From Octopus sinensis (Eukaryota): a stretch of 64,000 nucleotides of DNA. The stretch's first letter is position 1, and every line of letters begins with the position of its first letter. A program made the position numbers and the translations under genes. Location: assembly GCF_006345805.1 (NCBI RefSeq), contig NC_043004.1, forward strand, positions 84,010,001 through 84,074,000. The letters run 5' to 3'. Below are positions 11,003-25,192 of this stretch, piece by piece. The notes beneath the pieces are model-generated. The model was not told the DNA's origin and did no database searches. It saw nothing but the letters and a program-made list of their open reading frames with translations.

Positions 11003-13526
11003 AATAATAATAATAATAATAATAATATTAATAATAATAATAATAATAATTGATTTCAAAAAAGTGAGTTGTATGTTTTATTCCAGTTAGCTGAAGTGTT
11101 CCCTGCGTGCCACATATTTGGGAGATGATATCATAATTGTGCATTATGTCAACAACACATTTATAGGACATAAAATAGTTGGCTTTATTGTCACTATTAT
11201 CTATATTACGTATTTGGTCGACGCTTCAAATATGTAAAAGCAAACAGAGTATATAAAAGTCACATGAAAAGTATTTAGCATTCAGCCATAATTAAATGCA
11301 AACTTTATTCATGGTGAGAAACCTGTGCGAACTGGCATTCACATAGTTCACTTTTCATACATGTAATTTTGAGTGATCAACCGCAAGCCAATTCTTTGAA
11401 TATAGACTCACCTTCACTATCACTTCAATCACTGTAGAAAAACAATGTATGCTAACCGCTTTGTGATTGCTTTCTGCGATACGGATTCGAAACATACTAG
11501 CTATTTATTAAACAATCTTCATGAGCCCAATTATTGAAGCCAGTAAAATACCATCTCAATGCATTCTAGGTACTATTGAAGTCACAAAACCTCGTGAAAG
11601 GAAATTAATATATTGCTTTAGAAAGTTCACGCTCTAAGGATTGTTTTTCAGTGGAATCCTTACATGCAACTACTGCAATTTTCTCCGTCATACGGAGCAC
11701 ACACATCGTATATCCTTTCTTCAAGAAAGTCTAAGCTTGGCAACGTTATTCATTCCAAATTCTGATGCGATTATTATGGAAATAAAGTACTGTTCGACAA
11801 TTGACCAGCCCCTATGTTGCTGCCAGGAATCTTGCGTAAATTTAAAGCGCGTACCACATGTTTATTAATAATCACTTATATATCACAGAGATTATAATCG
11901 GCCATATGTGAATATCTCCAAGATCTATCATCTACTTGATATTTGAAATGATATCTCATAAAGCAGCATTATTAGCATACGTCAACCATTGAAATATGTT
12001 TTAAAAGGTTTTAAGTAATTGCCTACATATACTTTGTTACTTTTAATCTGTATTTCTAATTATACAGGGTCCATCAATTATTCACAGTGGATTGCTGAAA
12101 TTAAAAATATCTTTATTGTTGTAGATAGGTGCTACTTCTGTTTAAATGAGTAGGTTGCGATCCTGCTTCATCGTAGGAACAGTGATAATAGAACTAGTCG
12201 TGTAGGTCAGTAATTATTAAGTTAAACAAGTAACGTGATTAGTGTCTAGGTGAAATGTAAATGAATATTTAAGTGTAGAAGTTTACGGAAGGTCACATGA
12301 GGAGGTGTTTAATCTGCATATGAATTGGTTTTGTTAAATGCGTCATCGAATGAAGCAATAATGTATATTTAGAAATATAATTTTGGATGGGACGAATTTG
12401 CTTCGTCCATTTACTTCGTATATTTGTAATTTACAAATATGTTTGAGGAATTTGTCGAACAGCTATAAACGGAAACACGTAGTAAACTGAACGAATAATC
12501 AAGAGAATAGGAAAAAATTATTGTCGGTTGTCCAGCTTCGTTTTACGAGCAACAGATATTTCGTTGGAGAGATTTTAGTATATCTTGCTAGATACGAATA
12601 TTAGACGTTACATTGGTTGCCCATCACCCCATTTTACAAAGACGGTTATCTTGTTACAACAGTAAAGTTTTGAATTATTTTAACTTTCTCGGGACTCGTG
12701 AGCATCAATTGTATCCTTGATACTATTTGTGTTCATAAGATTCGCATAGGGAGGGGATGGCGCAGACATTAGAATATTATATAAGAAATATTTTTTGAAA
12801 TGTCATATTTTGCACATTCTTTTCTTATATGGAGTTTGTAGAAATCGTTCATTCTTGTTGGAAGAATTAATCATAATAACTCAATATAGTAATTCAAATA
12901 ACTTCTAAATAAGAAAAAGCAGCAATTGGCGTAAACACGAATTGTTAATTTTGAAGAGTTAAGTTATAAAGCAATGTATAACAAGATTTAAATAGCAAAA
13001 TTAAGAACAATGTTTGCTGCAGCGGTTTCAATAATAGGTGATTTTATATGCCATTCATAACCAGATGTCATTTACCTAGCAGACATGAAACCAATGAAAA
13101 AATAAAGGAAACTAAAATAAAACAGAATCATGAATGATGTCTTTGCCTTTCAGCTAATAGGAAATAAAACAATGACTGTAATATGCGTCTCCAAGATTAG
13201 AGCCACCCCTGATTTCATTACAAAATAATTAGATAGAAACGCATTTGCCTACAGTGTTCATCTCTATGTATATTTAAATGAAAATTAACTATATTCGAAT
13301 TTAATCATTCCCGGACCTATCAGAAATAAAGAAGACTATATTTCTGAATTTCCTTAAGTGGTTTTATTACATTTCCAGACAGCTTAATGTAGGTCATTCA
13401 TAATAATATAAAAAAAAGACACCATTCCACTATTGATTAAATATAACCTAGCAAAGTTATTTTAAATATAATCGAAGACATTATACACAAACACACACGT
13501 AGTACATATATACATATATACATGCA

Positions 13527-13570
<44 letters not shown>

Positions 13571-13622
13571 ATATATGCATACATATATATATATTATACA
13601 TATATCTATGTATATATATATG

Positions 13623-13654
<32 letters not shown>

Positions 13655-13677
13655 TGATATATGTTTATATATATGTA

Positions 13678-13723
<46 letters not shown>

Positions 13724-15439
13724 ATATGAACGAATGATGCCTCTATAATTTAGCAATAGAAAAATGAGACATCACGTGATAATTGAACTGTTACAGCTCC
13801 ATATTCCCAGATTCTTGAGTAGCCAAAAACCTCGTATAACGCAAGGAAGAAAGAAAAGATCGAATACATTATAGTAGAAAGTATTATCACAACGCCTTCA
13901 TTGGATTCGTCATGACGTGTGTCATGTTCATTTTTCCTCTGTTCAATTCAACAAAATTCAGTTGAAGAGCACTATTCAAGGCGATCAATATTTTGGTAGC
14001 ATTATTCAGTTTTCTATTTCATCCTTCGAATATATTCTATTATGTTTCGAAATTTTCTTATAATAATTTTTGTTTATTCTTTTTTATTTCACGGGTCATA
14101 TGTTGTTTTGCTTTATTTATTTATAAGATATTTTTTCATATATGAACTTTTACTTCTTTAGAGACTGAAATTGTGAAATTTTGCAAGCACTTAACCCACT
14201 ATAAAACAAACAATAGTTGAACAGAAATTATAAGTAAATAGAAAATGCATTCAGATAATTAAGTAAACAAATACTTTTACGAAAATACGTAAATAAAAAA
14301 AATCTATTTGTATATAGAAAAATATACACACACAAAACACGCACACACAGGTAGACACATATATATATATATATATGTGCATACCTACACATGTACACAT
14401 ATATCTATACGTTTACCTACACGCACATACGTACATGTACACATATACATATGCAGGAGCATAATTATAATAGTTTATATATGTATATATATTCGCGTTT
14501 GTGTTTGCGTGTGGGGTTCAAAGCAGGGTCAAAAGTTCGTATTAATAATTGGTTAGGGATGTTAAGAGTCTAACAAGAGGTTTTCAATTTTCCTCTATGC
14601 AACTGATATATCCATATGCATTCCTATGTTGCGTCCCTACCTGTATCAATCCACGTCCGCTGGAAATACTAATGTTTATACACACATGCACATATAAACA
14701 CACACATATATATATAGGAAGCAATCGTGAGTAAATACATTAACAGGAACATATCTCCGTATATATGTGTATATATATAGATTCAACTAAGAATTAATCT
14801 TTTTGAAAAATGCTATTTTATTCATGCGATTCATGTTAAAGTGTATTTAGGCACATGTGATTTTAGTTGTATTTATCTTGTATGTATCGCTATGTTATTT
14901 TTAAATGTACAACACAAAAATCATTAAGAAATCTGATTACTTTTGAAGGCGTGCGTGTTTTGCTGTATATTTACATGCATATATGGGTGTATACACATAT
15001 ATACAGCCACCAAAATTAATGATCATGAGGCAATCTAAATTGCTTTACTCGAGTTGTCAACAAAGAATTAAATTTGACAGGCTTTCGATTTCTTGATAAT
15101 TTACATTACAATACATTTATCACGGTGTGTGTGTTGTGTGTTCTACAGCAATTGTCTTTGTGGATATGAGATTTTTGTTATCGTAATTCAAAACTCCTTT
15201 CACAATGGAAAATAGTGTGTCCAACAAAATGAAGTTTTATTCAATAACACTTGACAGCTTAATCACTGGCTCCATTATTTCAATATTCCGTATGTTGTTT
15301 ATGTCACCATCTTGATTATACATATAGTATGTATGTGTATACTTGTATATAACAACTCTCGTCTCTCACTCCCTCTCTGGCTATCTATCTATCTCTATCT
15401 CTCTTGTTATCTCTCTCTCTCTCTCTCACACACACATAC

Positions 15440-15478
<39 letters not shown>

Positions 15479-15506
15479 ATATATATAATATATATATAAT
15501 ATATAT

Positions 15507-15914
15507 CTTTTACTCTTTTACTTGCTTCAGTTATTTTGACTGCGACCATGCTGGAGCACCGCCTTTAATCGAGCAACTCGACCCCGGGACTTATTCTTTT
15601 GTAAGCCAAGGACTTATTCTATCGGTCTTTTTTGCCGAACCGCTAAGTGACGGGGACGTAAACACACCAGTATCGGTTGTCAAGCAATGCTAGGGGGACA
15701 AACACAGGCACACAAACGTACACACACACACGCATATATATATATATACATATATACGACAGGCTTCTAGTTTTCGTCTACCAAATCCACTCACAAGGCT
15801 TTGGTCGGCCCGAGGCTATAGCAGAATACACTAGCCCAAGATGCCACGCAGTGGGACTGAACACGGAATCATGTGGTTGGTAAACAAGCTACTTACCACA
15901 CAGCCACTCCTGCG

Positions 15915-15917
<3 letters not shown>
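15507..15917 (-). mobile_element. SINE family A, full length
   Basis: Head ggcgcaggagtggctgtgtggtaagtag, internal (TA/TG)n, and LINE-like tail. Confidence 0.9.
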
Positions 15918-15995
<78 letters not shown>

Positions 15996-16024
15996 ATATA
16001 ATATATATATATTATATATATAAT

Positions 16025-16385
16025 TGTAGAAGTGAGCTTGCTTCCCAACAACATAGGTCCCGGTTCAGTCCCACTGCGTGGTAACTTGGGCGAGTGGATT
16101 CTATTATAGCTTCGGGGGCTCAAACAAAGCCTTCTGATTGGATTTGGTAGATAAAAACAGAATGTATTTGTGTGTGCGTGTCTGTATGTGTCCACACCCT
16201 ATAACTTGAGAACAGACGTTGGTGTGTTTACCTACCCGTAAGTTAGCGTTTCGGTAAAAGCCACCGATAGTATGAGTACCGGATCTTAGAAAGAATAAAT
16301 CCTGAGATCCATTTGCTCGAATAAAAGGCGGTGCTCCAGTATGGTCGCAATGAAATGACTGGAACAATTAATAGAGTAAAGGCAG
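16025..16385 (+). mobile_element. SINE family A, diverged near-full-length copy
   Basis: Colinear with the family from the B-box region (ggttcagtccc) to the tail. Head-to-head with the 15507-15917 copy. Confidence 0.8.
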
Positions 16386-16404
16386 AAAAGAATATATATA
16401 TACA

Positions 16405-19005
16405 ACCAATAAGTGTACTTCTCATGGGAGACTTCAATCTACCCAATGTCAGATGGCCCGAGGGCCTTTGTCTCCCAGGAATGACACGATGTGAACGAGG
16501 ACAGGCGAGGTCCCTACTGAACCTCATCAACACCATGTACATGGAGCAAGTAATACTCCAACCAACCAGGACAGGTAACACACTGGATCTCTGATTCACA
16601 AATAATATGGATCTCATCCATAATGTGAAAGTGACACCGACACTACTCTCGGATCACAACATGGTAGAGCTGACCATGTACGGGCCAAAGGAAAGCATGG
16701 ACATGCAGCCTCCAAGAAACTCTCAGAGTCTTTCCAGCTTGAACTTCAAAAAGGCAAACTGGAAGCAAATTGAGAAAGAGATCCTCAACAAAACTGGCCT
16801 GAATGTCTCTCCTCGCCAGACATCGACATGAAACTTCAACAATTCATGTCTGTAATGTAAGCCATATGCTACAAATGTGTCCAAGAGAGAAAGGCCACTG
16901 GACACAAGAACAAAATCCCCCAGAGAGAGGAAAATTCTAATGAGACGGCGTAGAAATATCTCAAATCGCCTAAACAAACAAATTGAAAGCAGTGAAAAGT
17001 CCCGCCTGAAATGAAACTGTTGGAAATTGAAAAATGTCTGCAACTCTCCCATGAAAAGGAAAGAGCAGACAAAGAAGCCTGGGCTATAGACAACATAAAA
17101 TCTAACCCCAGAGCTTTCTACAGGTATGCCAAACAAACAGCTACGGTGCACTGTAGGATAGGGCCACTCCTTGAAAGGGATGGCACACTCACAGGAAATC
17201 CAATGAGGGTAAGTTAAATACTAAATGAGCAATTCAAGAGTGTTTCACCCCACCCCTTGGGCATTTCCAAATCAGCAATCCAACTGACTTCTTCATCACT
17301 GCAGATATGGGGTTAGAGGCGGCGATGATTGATTACATCAATATAAAGGAAGACGATGTAATAAAGGCTATAGATGAGATGAAAACAAACTCAGCTACTG
17401 GCCCCGATGGATTCCCGGCAATCCTTCTAAAAGTATGTAAGAGAGTCCTAGCAAGACCACTGCAATCTCTCTTTCAGAGCTTCCTTGCAACTGGCAAACT
17501 TCCAAGAAAACTGAAGGAAGGTAAAATATGCCCTATTCATAAAGGAGGTAGCAGAGCGGATGCCAAGAACTACAGACCTATCTCTCTGACCTCACACATC
17601 AGCAAGGTCATGGAACGAATAGTCAGAAGGAAACTAATCACCTTCCTTGAAGAAAATGACTTGCTGCCTGACACCCAACATGGTTTCCGATCAGGAAGAA
17701 GCTGCTTAACTCAGCTCCTACAACACTATGACTGGGTGCTAAAACGACTGCTCAACCACTCAAATGTGGAAGTGATATATCTCGACTTTGCAAAGGCCTT
17801 TGATAAAGTCGATCATGGAATGATATGTCACAAACTGCGTGATCTTGGCATAGTTGGAAAATTGGGAGAAAGGCTTCTGAAGGATAGAAGTCAGGTGGTA
17901 GTAGCCAATTGGGCCACTTCCATTAACACGCAAATAGTGAGCGGTGTTCCGCAGGGCACTGTTTTGGGACAACTACTGTTCATAATGGCCCTCTCAGCAA
18001 TGCCCTCAGCCACGCAGAGAGCCACGATCACAAGTTATGCAGATGATACAAAAGTTTCACAGGAAATACAGAACCCTGAAGATACTAAGCACGTGCAATG
18101 TGAGCTGGACAAAATATACAAGTGAGGTGAAAAGAATAGCATGCAGTTCAATGCTGAAAAGTTTCAAGCTTTATGCTATCAGCATGCAAAACTGAATGCA
18201 ATCCCAATGAATACACTGGACCCGGAGGGATTGCAATCCCAGAGGCACAATCAGTGCGTGACCTGGGTATTCACATGAGTGATGACGCAACCTTTCATGT
18301 ACATGTTGCTAAACTGGCAATGAAATGTAGACGGCTGGCCGGATGGATTCTTAGAACCTTTAGAACAAGAGAACAAGAAACCATGATGGTCCTCTGGAAG
18401 ACACTTGTCCTAAGCCACTTTGACTATTGCTCTCAGCTATTGTCACCATCCAGTGTCAAGTCGATCACAGAACTTGAGGCGATCCAACGAAGCTACACGA
18501 AGAAGATAGCCTCTGGGAAAGACTCAAGAGATTAAAACTATATTCCTTGGAGCGTAGGCGAGAAAGATATGCCATAATATATATCTGGACGATCCTGGAA
18601 GGACTTGTCCCGAACTTTGGCATCGAGAGTCACACAAATGCCAGAACCGGGCGCCACTGCGTGGTACCAAGGACTCCAAATTTGCCATCACGATGTAGGA
18701 CAAGATACTGTGATAGCCTGGGCTTCAGAGCCCCACAGCTCTTCAATATCCTCCCGAAGAACCTGAGGGACCTGCATGGTGTAGATGCGGATGTCTTTAA
18801 AGTAGGACTGGATCTCTTCCTGTCAGGTGTCCCGGATGAACCAACTTCATGGCAGGAGGTGCAGATGAGGGCAGCTGCATCGAACTCTCTCGTGCACCAA
18901 ATGGCAGTTGCTAAAAAGCATTCATGAGGTAAAATCATGTAGCAAACCAAATGGCGGTGCCCCAGCATGGCCACAGCTCATGAGCTGAAACTAGAAAAAT
19001 CAAAA
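16405..19005 (+). mobile_element. CR1/L2 (Jockey-group) LINE, 5'-truncated and inactivated
   Basis: AP-endonuclease C-terminus (LMGDFNLP, TLDL, SDHNMV) and RT (YRPISLTSH, QHGFR, YLDFAKAFDKV, GVPQGTVLG, YADDTK). Several stops and frameshifts. 3' stem-loop tail at 18953-18993. Confidence 0.9.
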
Positions 19006-19079
19006 AGCATACGTTTAAATATATAGTGCGTGTGTTTTTATTGGCTAAACTGGCAAAATGACCATTCCGAAATATAACA

Positions 19080-19153
<74 letters not shown>

Positions 19154-19231
19154 TACATGCAGAGTTTTCACTGTTATTTACAGCAGGTAGACGGTCCTGC
19201 ATTAATTCTAAACACATTAATTCTAATCCTT

Positions 19232-19375
19232 CAGTAAGTTGCTTACCGACCACATGGTTTCGGGTTCAGTCCCACTGCGTGGCACCTCGGCCAAGTATCT
19301 TCTACAAGAGCCTCGGGCCGACCAAAGCCTTGTAAGTGGATTTCGTAGACGGACACTAAAAGAAGCCCGTTTATA
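19232..19375 (+). mobile_element. SINE family A, 5' half
   Basis: ccacatggtttcgggttcagtcccactgcgtggcacc...gaagcccgt. Confidence 0.85.
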
Positions 19376-19405
19376 TGTGTGTGTGTATATATATATGTAT
19401 ATATA

Positions 19406-19691
19406 ACGTGACGTCACGTGACCGAACACACCATCAGATGTTGTTAGACATCGCTGGTCACAATGCGTTCGCATTGTTTTAGCCTTCGAATGACGCCACC
19501 CCGCTGGCTAAGTAAGCAGGCCAACAGAGGAAAGAGTGGTGAAAGAGTACAGCAGGGATCACCACCCCCTGCCGGAGCCTCGTGGAGCTTTCAGGTGTTT
19601 TCGCTCAATAAACACTCACAACGCCCGGTCTGGGAACCGAAACCGCGATCCGGCTAGTCCGCTGCCCTAACCACTAGGCCATTGCGCCTCC
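19406..19691 (-). mobile_element. tRNA-derived SINE family C (Ceph-SINE-like central domain), tail type 1
   Basis: Head ggaggcgcaatggcctagtggttagg, B-box-like ggtttcggttccc, and core gtgtttattgagcgaaaacacc...gctccacgaggctccggcag. Confidence 0.8.
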
Positions 19692-19702
19692 ATATATATA
19701 TA

Positions 19703-19746
<44 letters not shown>

Positions 19747-19771
19747 TATATATATATATATTATATATATA

Positions 19772-19802
<31 letters not shown>

Positions 19803-20327
19803 GCAGATAGACAGAGAAAAAGAAATATATACATCCACGCACCATATATCCATTTATTCTTTTGCTTGTTACAATATTTTAACTGCGGCCATGCTTGAGT
19901 GGCCATCGGTGACTGATTTACAACATGCAAAGTGACTAGTTGTAAAATCTCAAAAAGAGATGAGAGTAGTAACTATACGAACAATTAAAGTTGATCGCCA
20001 CTTTTCAATGGCTGTTCAATGGTCGCCTTGTTTTCTATTTAGTGTTCTCTAGCGACCGGGTTTTTACGACTGAGAATGTGCAAACTTCCTTGAACCCGGC
20101 ACGTGGTAGAGCGTGGCAGATATTCACATCCCTGCTTACAATTTGTACAGAGTGTATGCTGCACCTATGACCAGTTGGGGAAGATTTAGCTAGGGTTAAA
20201 AGAGTAGTAACATTCAACAGCCATGGAGATAGGGCCATTAAATTTTCTTGTTAGTGTATTTACTACTATCATGGATATTTTACATATAGCTCCTTTGTTT
20301 ATGCATACATACATATATATATATATA

Positions 20328-20733
20328 TGGAGTGGCTGTGTGGTAAGTAGCTTGCTAACCAACCACATGGTTCCGGGTTCAGTCCCACTGCGTGGCATCT
20401 TGGGAAAGTGTCTTCTGCTATAGCCCCGGGCCGACCAATGCCTTGTGAGTGGATTTGGTAGACGGAAACTGAAAGAAGCCTGTCGTATATATGTATATAT
20501 ATATGTATGTGTGTGTGTGTTTGTGTGTCTGTGTTTGTCCCCCTAGCATTGGTTGACAACCGATGCTGGGGTGTTTACGTCCCAGTCACTTAGCGGTTCG
20601 GCAAAAGAGACCGATAGAATAAGTACTGGGCTTACAAAGAATAAGTCCCTCAGTCGATTTGCTCGACTAAAGGCGGTGCTCCAGCATGACCGCAGTCAAA
20701 TGACTGAAACAAGTAAAAGAGTAAAAGAGTAAA
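20328..20733 (+). mobile_element. SINE family A, full length
   Basis: A-box tggctgtgtgg, B-box ggttcagtccc, ccttgggaaagtg core-like motif, internal microsatellite and (agtaaaag)n tail. Confidence 0.92.
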
Positions 20734-20791
20734 GGCGAGAGTATATATATGTATGCATATATATATTATATATATATATATATATACATAT

Positions 20792-20858
<67 letters not shown>

Positions 20859-20891
20859 CATATATATATATATTATATATATATATATGTT

Positions 20892-20931
<40 letters not shown>

Positions 20932-20932
<1 letters not shown>

Positions 20933-21089
20933 CGATGGGATTCTTTCAGTTTCCGCCTACCAAATCCACTCAAAAGAATTTGGTTGTCCGAGGCTATAGC
21001 AGAAGGCACTTCACCAATGTGCCACGTAGTAGGACTGACCCCGGAGCCAACTCGTTGTGAAGCAAGCTGCTTATACCACAGCCACACCT
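20932..21089 (-). mobile_element. SINE family A, 5' half
   Basis: ttctttcagtttccgcctaccaaatccactc...accacagccac. Confidence 0.8.
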
Positions 21090-22299
21090 TGCTCGACCTT
21101 CAAGGAACAACTTTATTTAATGGTCTTCTAAACTGTCCTCCAGTATCATAAAAAAAATGATGCAATTAAATGTCTTAGAGACAAACCTTATCGGTAAGAA
21201 AATTACCGCGTTTACCACTGTAGAAATCCTCTCAGTCATTGAGTTTTCTACTACTAAGAATGGAATGGACAAAGCTGCAACAGCACCGTCACTACTAAGA
21301 TCATCAACTGCTCCATCTTATATGGAGCAGTGACAAATATATAATTAAAAAAAAACAATATACGCGAACTTGCGAATATATCATTCTCCAGGAATTTCTA
21401 ATGCACATATTGAGAAATTTTATTAATTAAAGTATATGCAGATACCTAATTAATCATTTGCACTAATATCATTTAACAATTTAGACGAGATATTGTTATA
21501 TTCTCATTAAAGAAAGACTTCTCTTTTGATAAAATAAAGTGATTAATATGTTTCTTTATCATAGAATGATTGATGAAATTATTTACAGATCAAATATCCT
21601 CAATTTTCCAACAAAACGACTAAGAAAAAATTGATAAAATGATTAATATCTGGTAAATTAATCTTTCTCAAATAATTTTGTGTTTCTTTTCGAGGTGACG
21701 TATCCCTAAATGTTGATGTAAGTTGATAGATTGATTATAGTTTGATGAACCCTATTGATTTTTATTTTCTAATTATTTCTTGAGCTATTTATTTAAATTA
21801 TAACAGAAAAGCGAAGTTACTCACTGAAACCAATATTTCAATCCAGACAGTATTGTTTCATATGATTTACTCTGCATCGTTGATACATTTTTAACAGATC
21901 ATACCCCTAACTACAGTTTGTAATTCAAAACGTACTGTTTACAATAGCCAGTACTTTGCCCATGTCTCTATGTACTGAAGTGACAAAGGTGAATCCTAGC
22001 CTCTTCCTTCATATGTGTGTGTGCGTGTGTAGAGTAATATATATATATACAAATATAGGAAGCCATCTCTGACAATGAGTAGCTTATTTCTCAACATCCT
22101 GAAAAGGAAAAACTCCCAGCCTTGTGCCTATTCCTATCTACAAATCCCAGATATTTGTGAAATTCTACGCGAGACGGCAGTGTAAACCGGCAAACTGAGG
22201 ACATTGTGCACTACAGTCTTCCAGAACCTTCATTCATTGAAGCGATGAGAGAGTCCTTACGCACATCCATAGACACAACCAGACAAACAAACACACAAG

Positions 22300-22337
<38 letters not shown>

Positions 22338-23117
22338 CATACACATATATTCTTATATATACCCAATCTAAGTGTTTGTTACACAATCAATTCCGTTTCG
22401 GTAAATATTTCATGTCGTCTAGCTTTTATGAATCTTTCTCTTTCTGTGAAATCATGTGTCAGCTGTAGCTACGCTTTCCCGTAGGTTCTCGACTGTAAAT
22501 TGCTCCTGTTCCGCTTATAGATTATTGTTATCGTGTTCAGTAAATAATTTGCAGGTTGAAGTTTATGATTTTGGGGAATTCTAGTCCAAAAGAATATATT
22601 TAGTGGCTGACATTTTTCTTACTACCAGTGGTATCCAGAGATTTATGAGTTATAGACTTAGGTTAGGTGTAGCATTAATATTTTACAGTAGGTTTTTACT
22701 TATCGGGATATGTTATAATGCACAATTAATATTTCTGATTTCACTGTGAAAACATTTATATTGTTGTTGTCGATATGTGAAGTCTCATTATGTTTGGCGA
22801 GGTTTATTGCTGTAAAGCAATTATACATAATGTTCTCGCGCATAATCTCTGAGGGTTATTGCCTATACCTTGCGTAAGGTTGATGAGAGAATAAAAAAAC
22901 ACATTGACACGGAAGACAGCAGAAAAGAATCTGACGATAAGAGCCAGTGATCATCATTTGAGGTAGAAACCGAGTAAGTTAGCGGTATTACAAAGATTGA
23001 GTACTTCTCTATTCAAATGGAACTAATGGCTTGACGTTCGATTCGTACTGCATAATGAGATTCATTTATCTCTTATGATAAAAGGCAGATTTTCTCTGCC
23101 TCCCACATAGTTTGATT

Positions 23118-25140
23118 TTAATCATCATCATTGTTCGACCGTGGTCGAGACAATGTAATTTACTATGTTACGCCAGACTTCACGGTCCATCATAGCATTA
23201 CGGAGGTCCGGTTGCTGGATGCCTGTGTCCCTGGAGATTACATCAGGGTAGGAGAGTGTGCGCCCTCTGGTATTGCGAGTAGATGGCTTCCAGAGGAGAA
23301 TAGTAGAAATTACTTCTTTTTCAGCTCTACAACAATGTCCAGCAAACTGGACTCTCCTACCTTTCACAAGGGATGACACAGGTGGTAGTTTCCCATATAT
23401 TTGCATTTTGGTTGGATGGCGCTTCCACGAGAGATTTTGAGCTCTCATAAGGAGGCGAGTGTAGGTTCCATCCAACCGCCTCTCAAGCTTCTTTGATAAC
23501 GTCCAGGTTTCTGAGCCATATAGTAGAATTGGTTCGACTGTGGCTTTGAATATTTCAAGTTTGAAGTCTCTACTTAGATTTGATGACCAGATCTTATGCA
23601 TGTCATTACAGGCTGACCAGGCCATACCCTTTCTAGTTAGAAAGTCTTTTCCAGATGATGATATGTATGACCCAAGATATTTATAATCAGAAATCATATT
23701 TAAAGGCGCACTGTTGAGAGTATGGATGATGCAATCACTGTTGGACAGGCACTTGTTTATGTATTCAGTTATGGCCTCATTGAGGTAAAGACCTACACAA
23801 TTTGAGGCTTGTTCAAGAGATTGTAAAAGACACTGGGCATTGGAGAGAGAATCACTGATAAGAGCGATGTCGTCAGCAAAGTCAGTGTCTGTCAAGTACT
23901 CAGCTGGGTGTCTGAAACTTCTTCTTGGTTTTATTTCAAAGCCCTTGCCAGAAATGGTATCAACATACGTAGCACATAACCAACAACAATGATGAAAAGA
24001 AATGGGGCGAGTGTGTCTCCCTGCAGTATTCCGGCTTTGATTGAGAAAAGTGATGTTTCTCCATCAGGGGTTAAGATGGTTGAAGACGTATCTGTGTAGA
24101 GGACCTTGATGGCAGAAATGATTTTGTCTGGTATCCCATAGAGCTTAAGGATTTCAAACATCTGGTACCTATCTACAGAATCGAACGCTTTAGAAAAGTC
24201 TACAAATACCATTGCAAGATCGCGATTAAATGCTTTTGATTCTTCGATAAGTCTGCGTAGGCATAGTATCTGGCTCAGCGTTGAGCGCCCATGTCTGAAT
24301 CCATTTTGGTTCTTTCGGAGCAAAGGTTCAACAAAAAGGACAAGACGATTTAGGATCAGTTTGTTGTACAGTTTTGCAGCAATTGACATTAGAGATATAC
24401 CCCTGTAGTTGGTGACGAGGGATAAAATTCTTTTTTGGGTATTGGAATGATTTGAGATTGGTGCCAAATCTTTGGAGCGACAAAGGTGGAAAGAGTGTGG
24501 TTGCAGAGGTTGAGCAAAAGTGTGTGAAATCTATCATCCTTCCAGATTACAGCTAGGATGTTGTCGGGACCAAATGCTTTCAGGCTTTTAGTTGCTTTGT
24601 CGCTGCTGTTAGTTCAAATATGGTAAAAGGGGAGGTGTTGATGTCCAGCGTGTCTGATATAGACACACATGGAAGAGTGGGGTTATCAGGGATTTTGGCA
24701 TTCTTCCCAAGGAGATTTTTAAAATGGGTTGACCAATTTTCTAAACGCTTCTTAGCTGATCCCCCTTTAATTCTAATTGATGACCCAGAATGTTTGCCTG
24801 ATAGGTCTTTGATGGATTTCCAGGCGAGATGGTGTTTTTTACTAATGTGCTCTTTGGATAGTTTACTAATTTTGCCATTGATAAATTCGACTTCGGCGTT
24901 CAAGTAAGCCTCATCAAGATTCTTCTTGGCAGCTATGAGTTGGATCTTCAGTGACTGGGATGAAGAGCGGTGGTAAGCTAGTGATATAGACTTTAGATGG
25001 TTTCTGGCTTCGATGACATTTGGGGAATTAGAAGGTTTGCTCTGGCCCCTACTCTTCTTTTTGTGAAGAGTAGCCAGTGCAACTTCCTCTGTTGATTTGA
25101 TGAGGCTGCTGTATACTTCTTCAATGTTCTCAGCATCTAT
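23118..25140 (-). mobile_element. RTE-clade LINE, 5'-truncated and frameshifted
   Basis: ORF pieces 24580-24903, 23931-24467 (NYRGISL, QNGFR, DFSKAFDSV, GILQGDTLAPFLF) and 23128-23895 (DFADDIAL, YKYLGS, LLYGSETW). 3' tail (tga)n. Confidence 0.9.
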
Positions 25141-25192
25141 TCAGAAGTAGACAGAGATTAAAATGTGTTTTTAATACAATTGTACAATATAG

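Noticed and set aside
22931-22990. CTGACGA ... GAAACCG ... CGGTA hammerhead-like motif
   Set aside because: The core and a 4-bp stem III are present, but stem I does not pair in register and stem II has only 2 bp. Probably chance.
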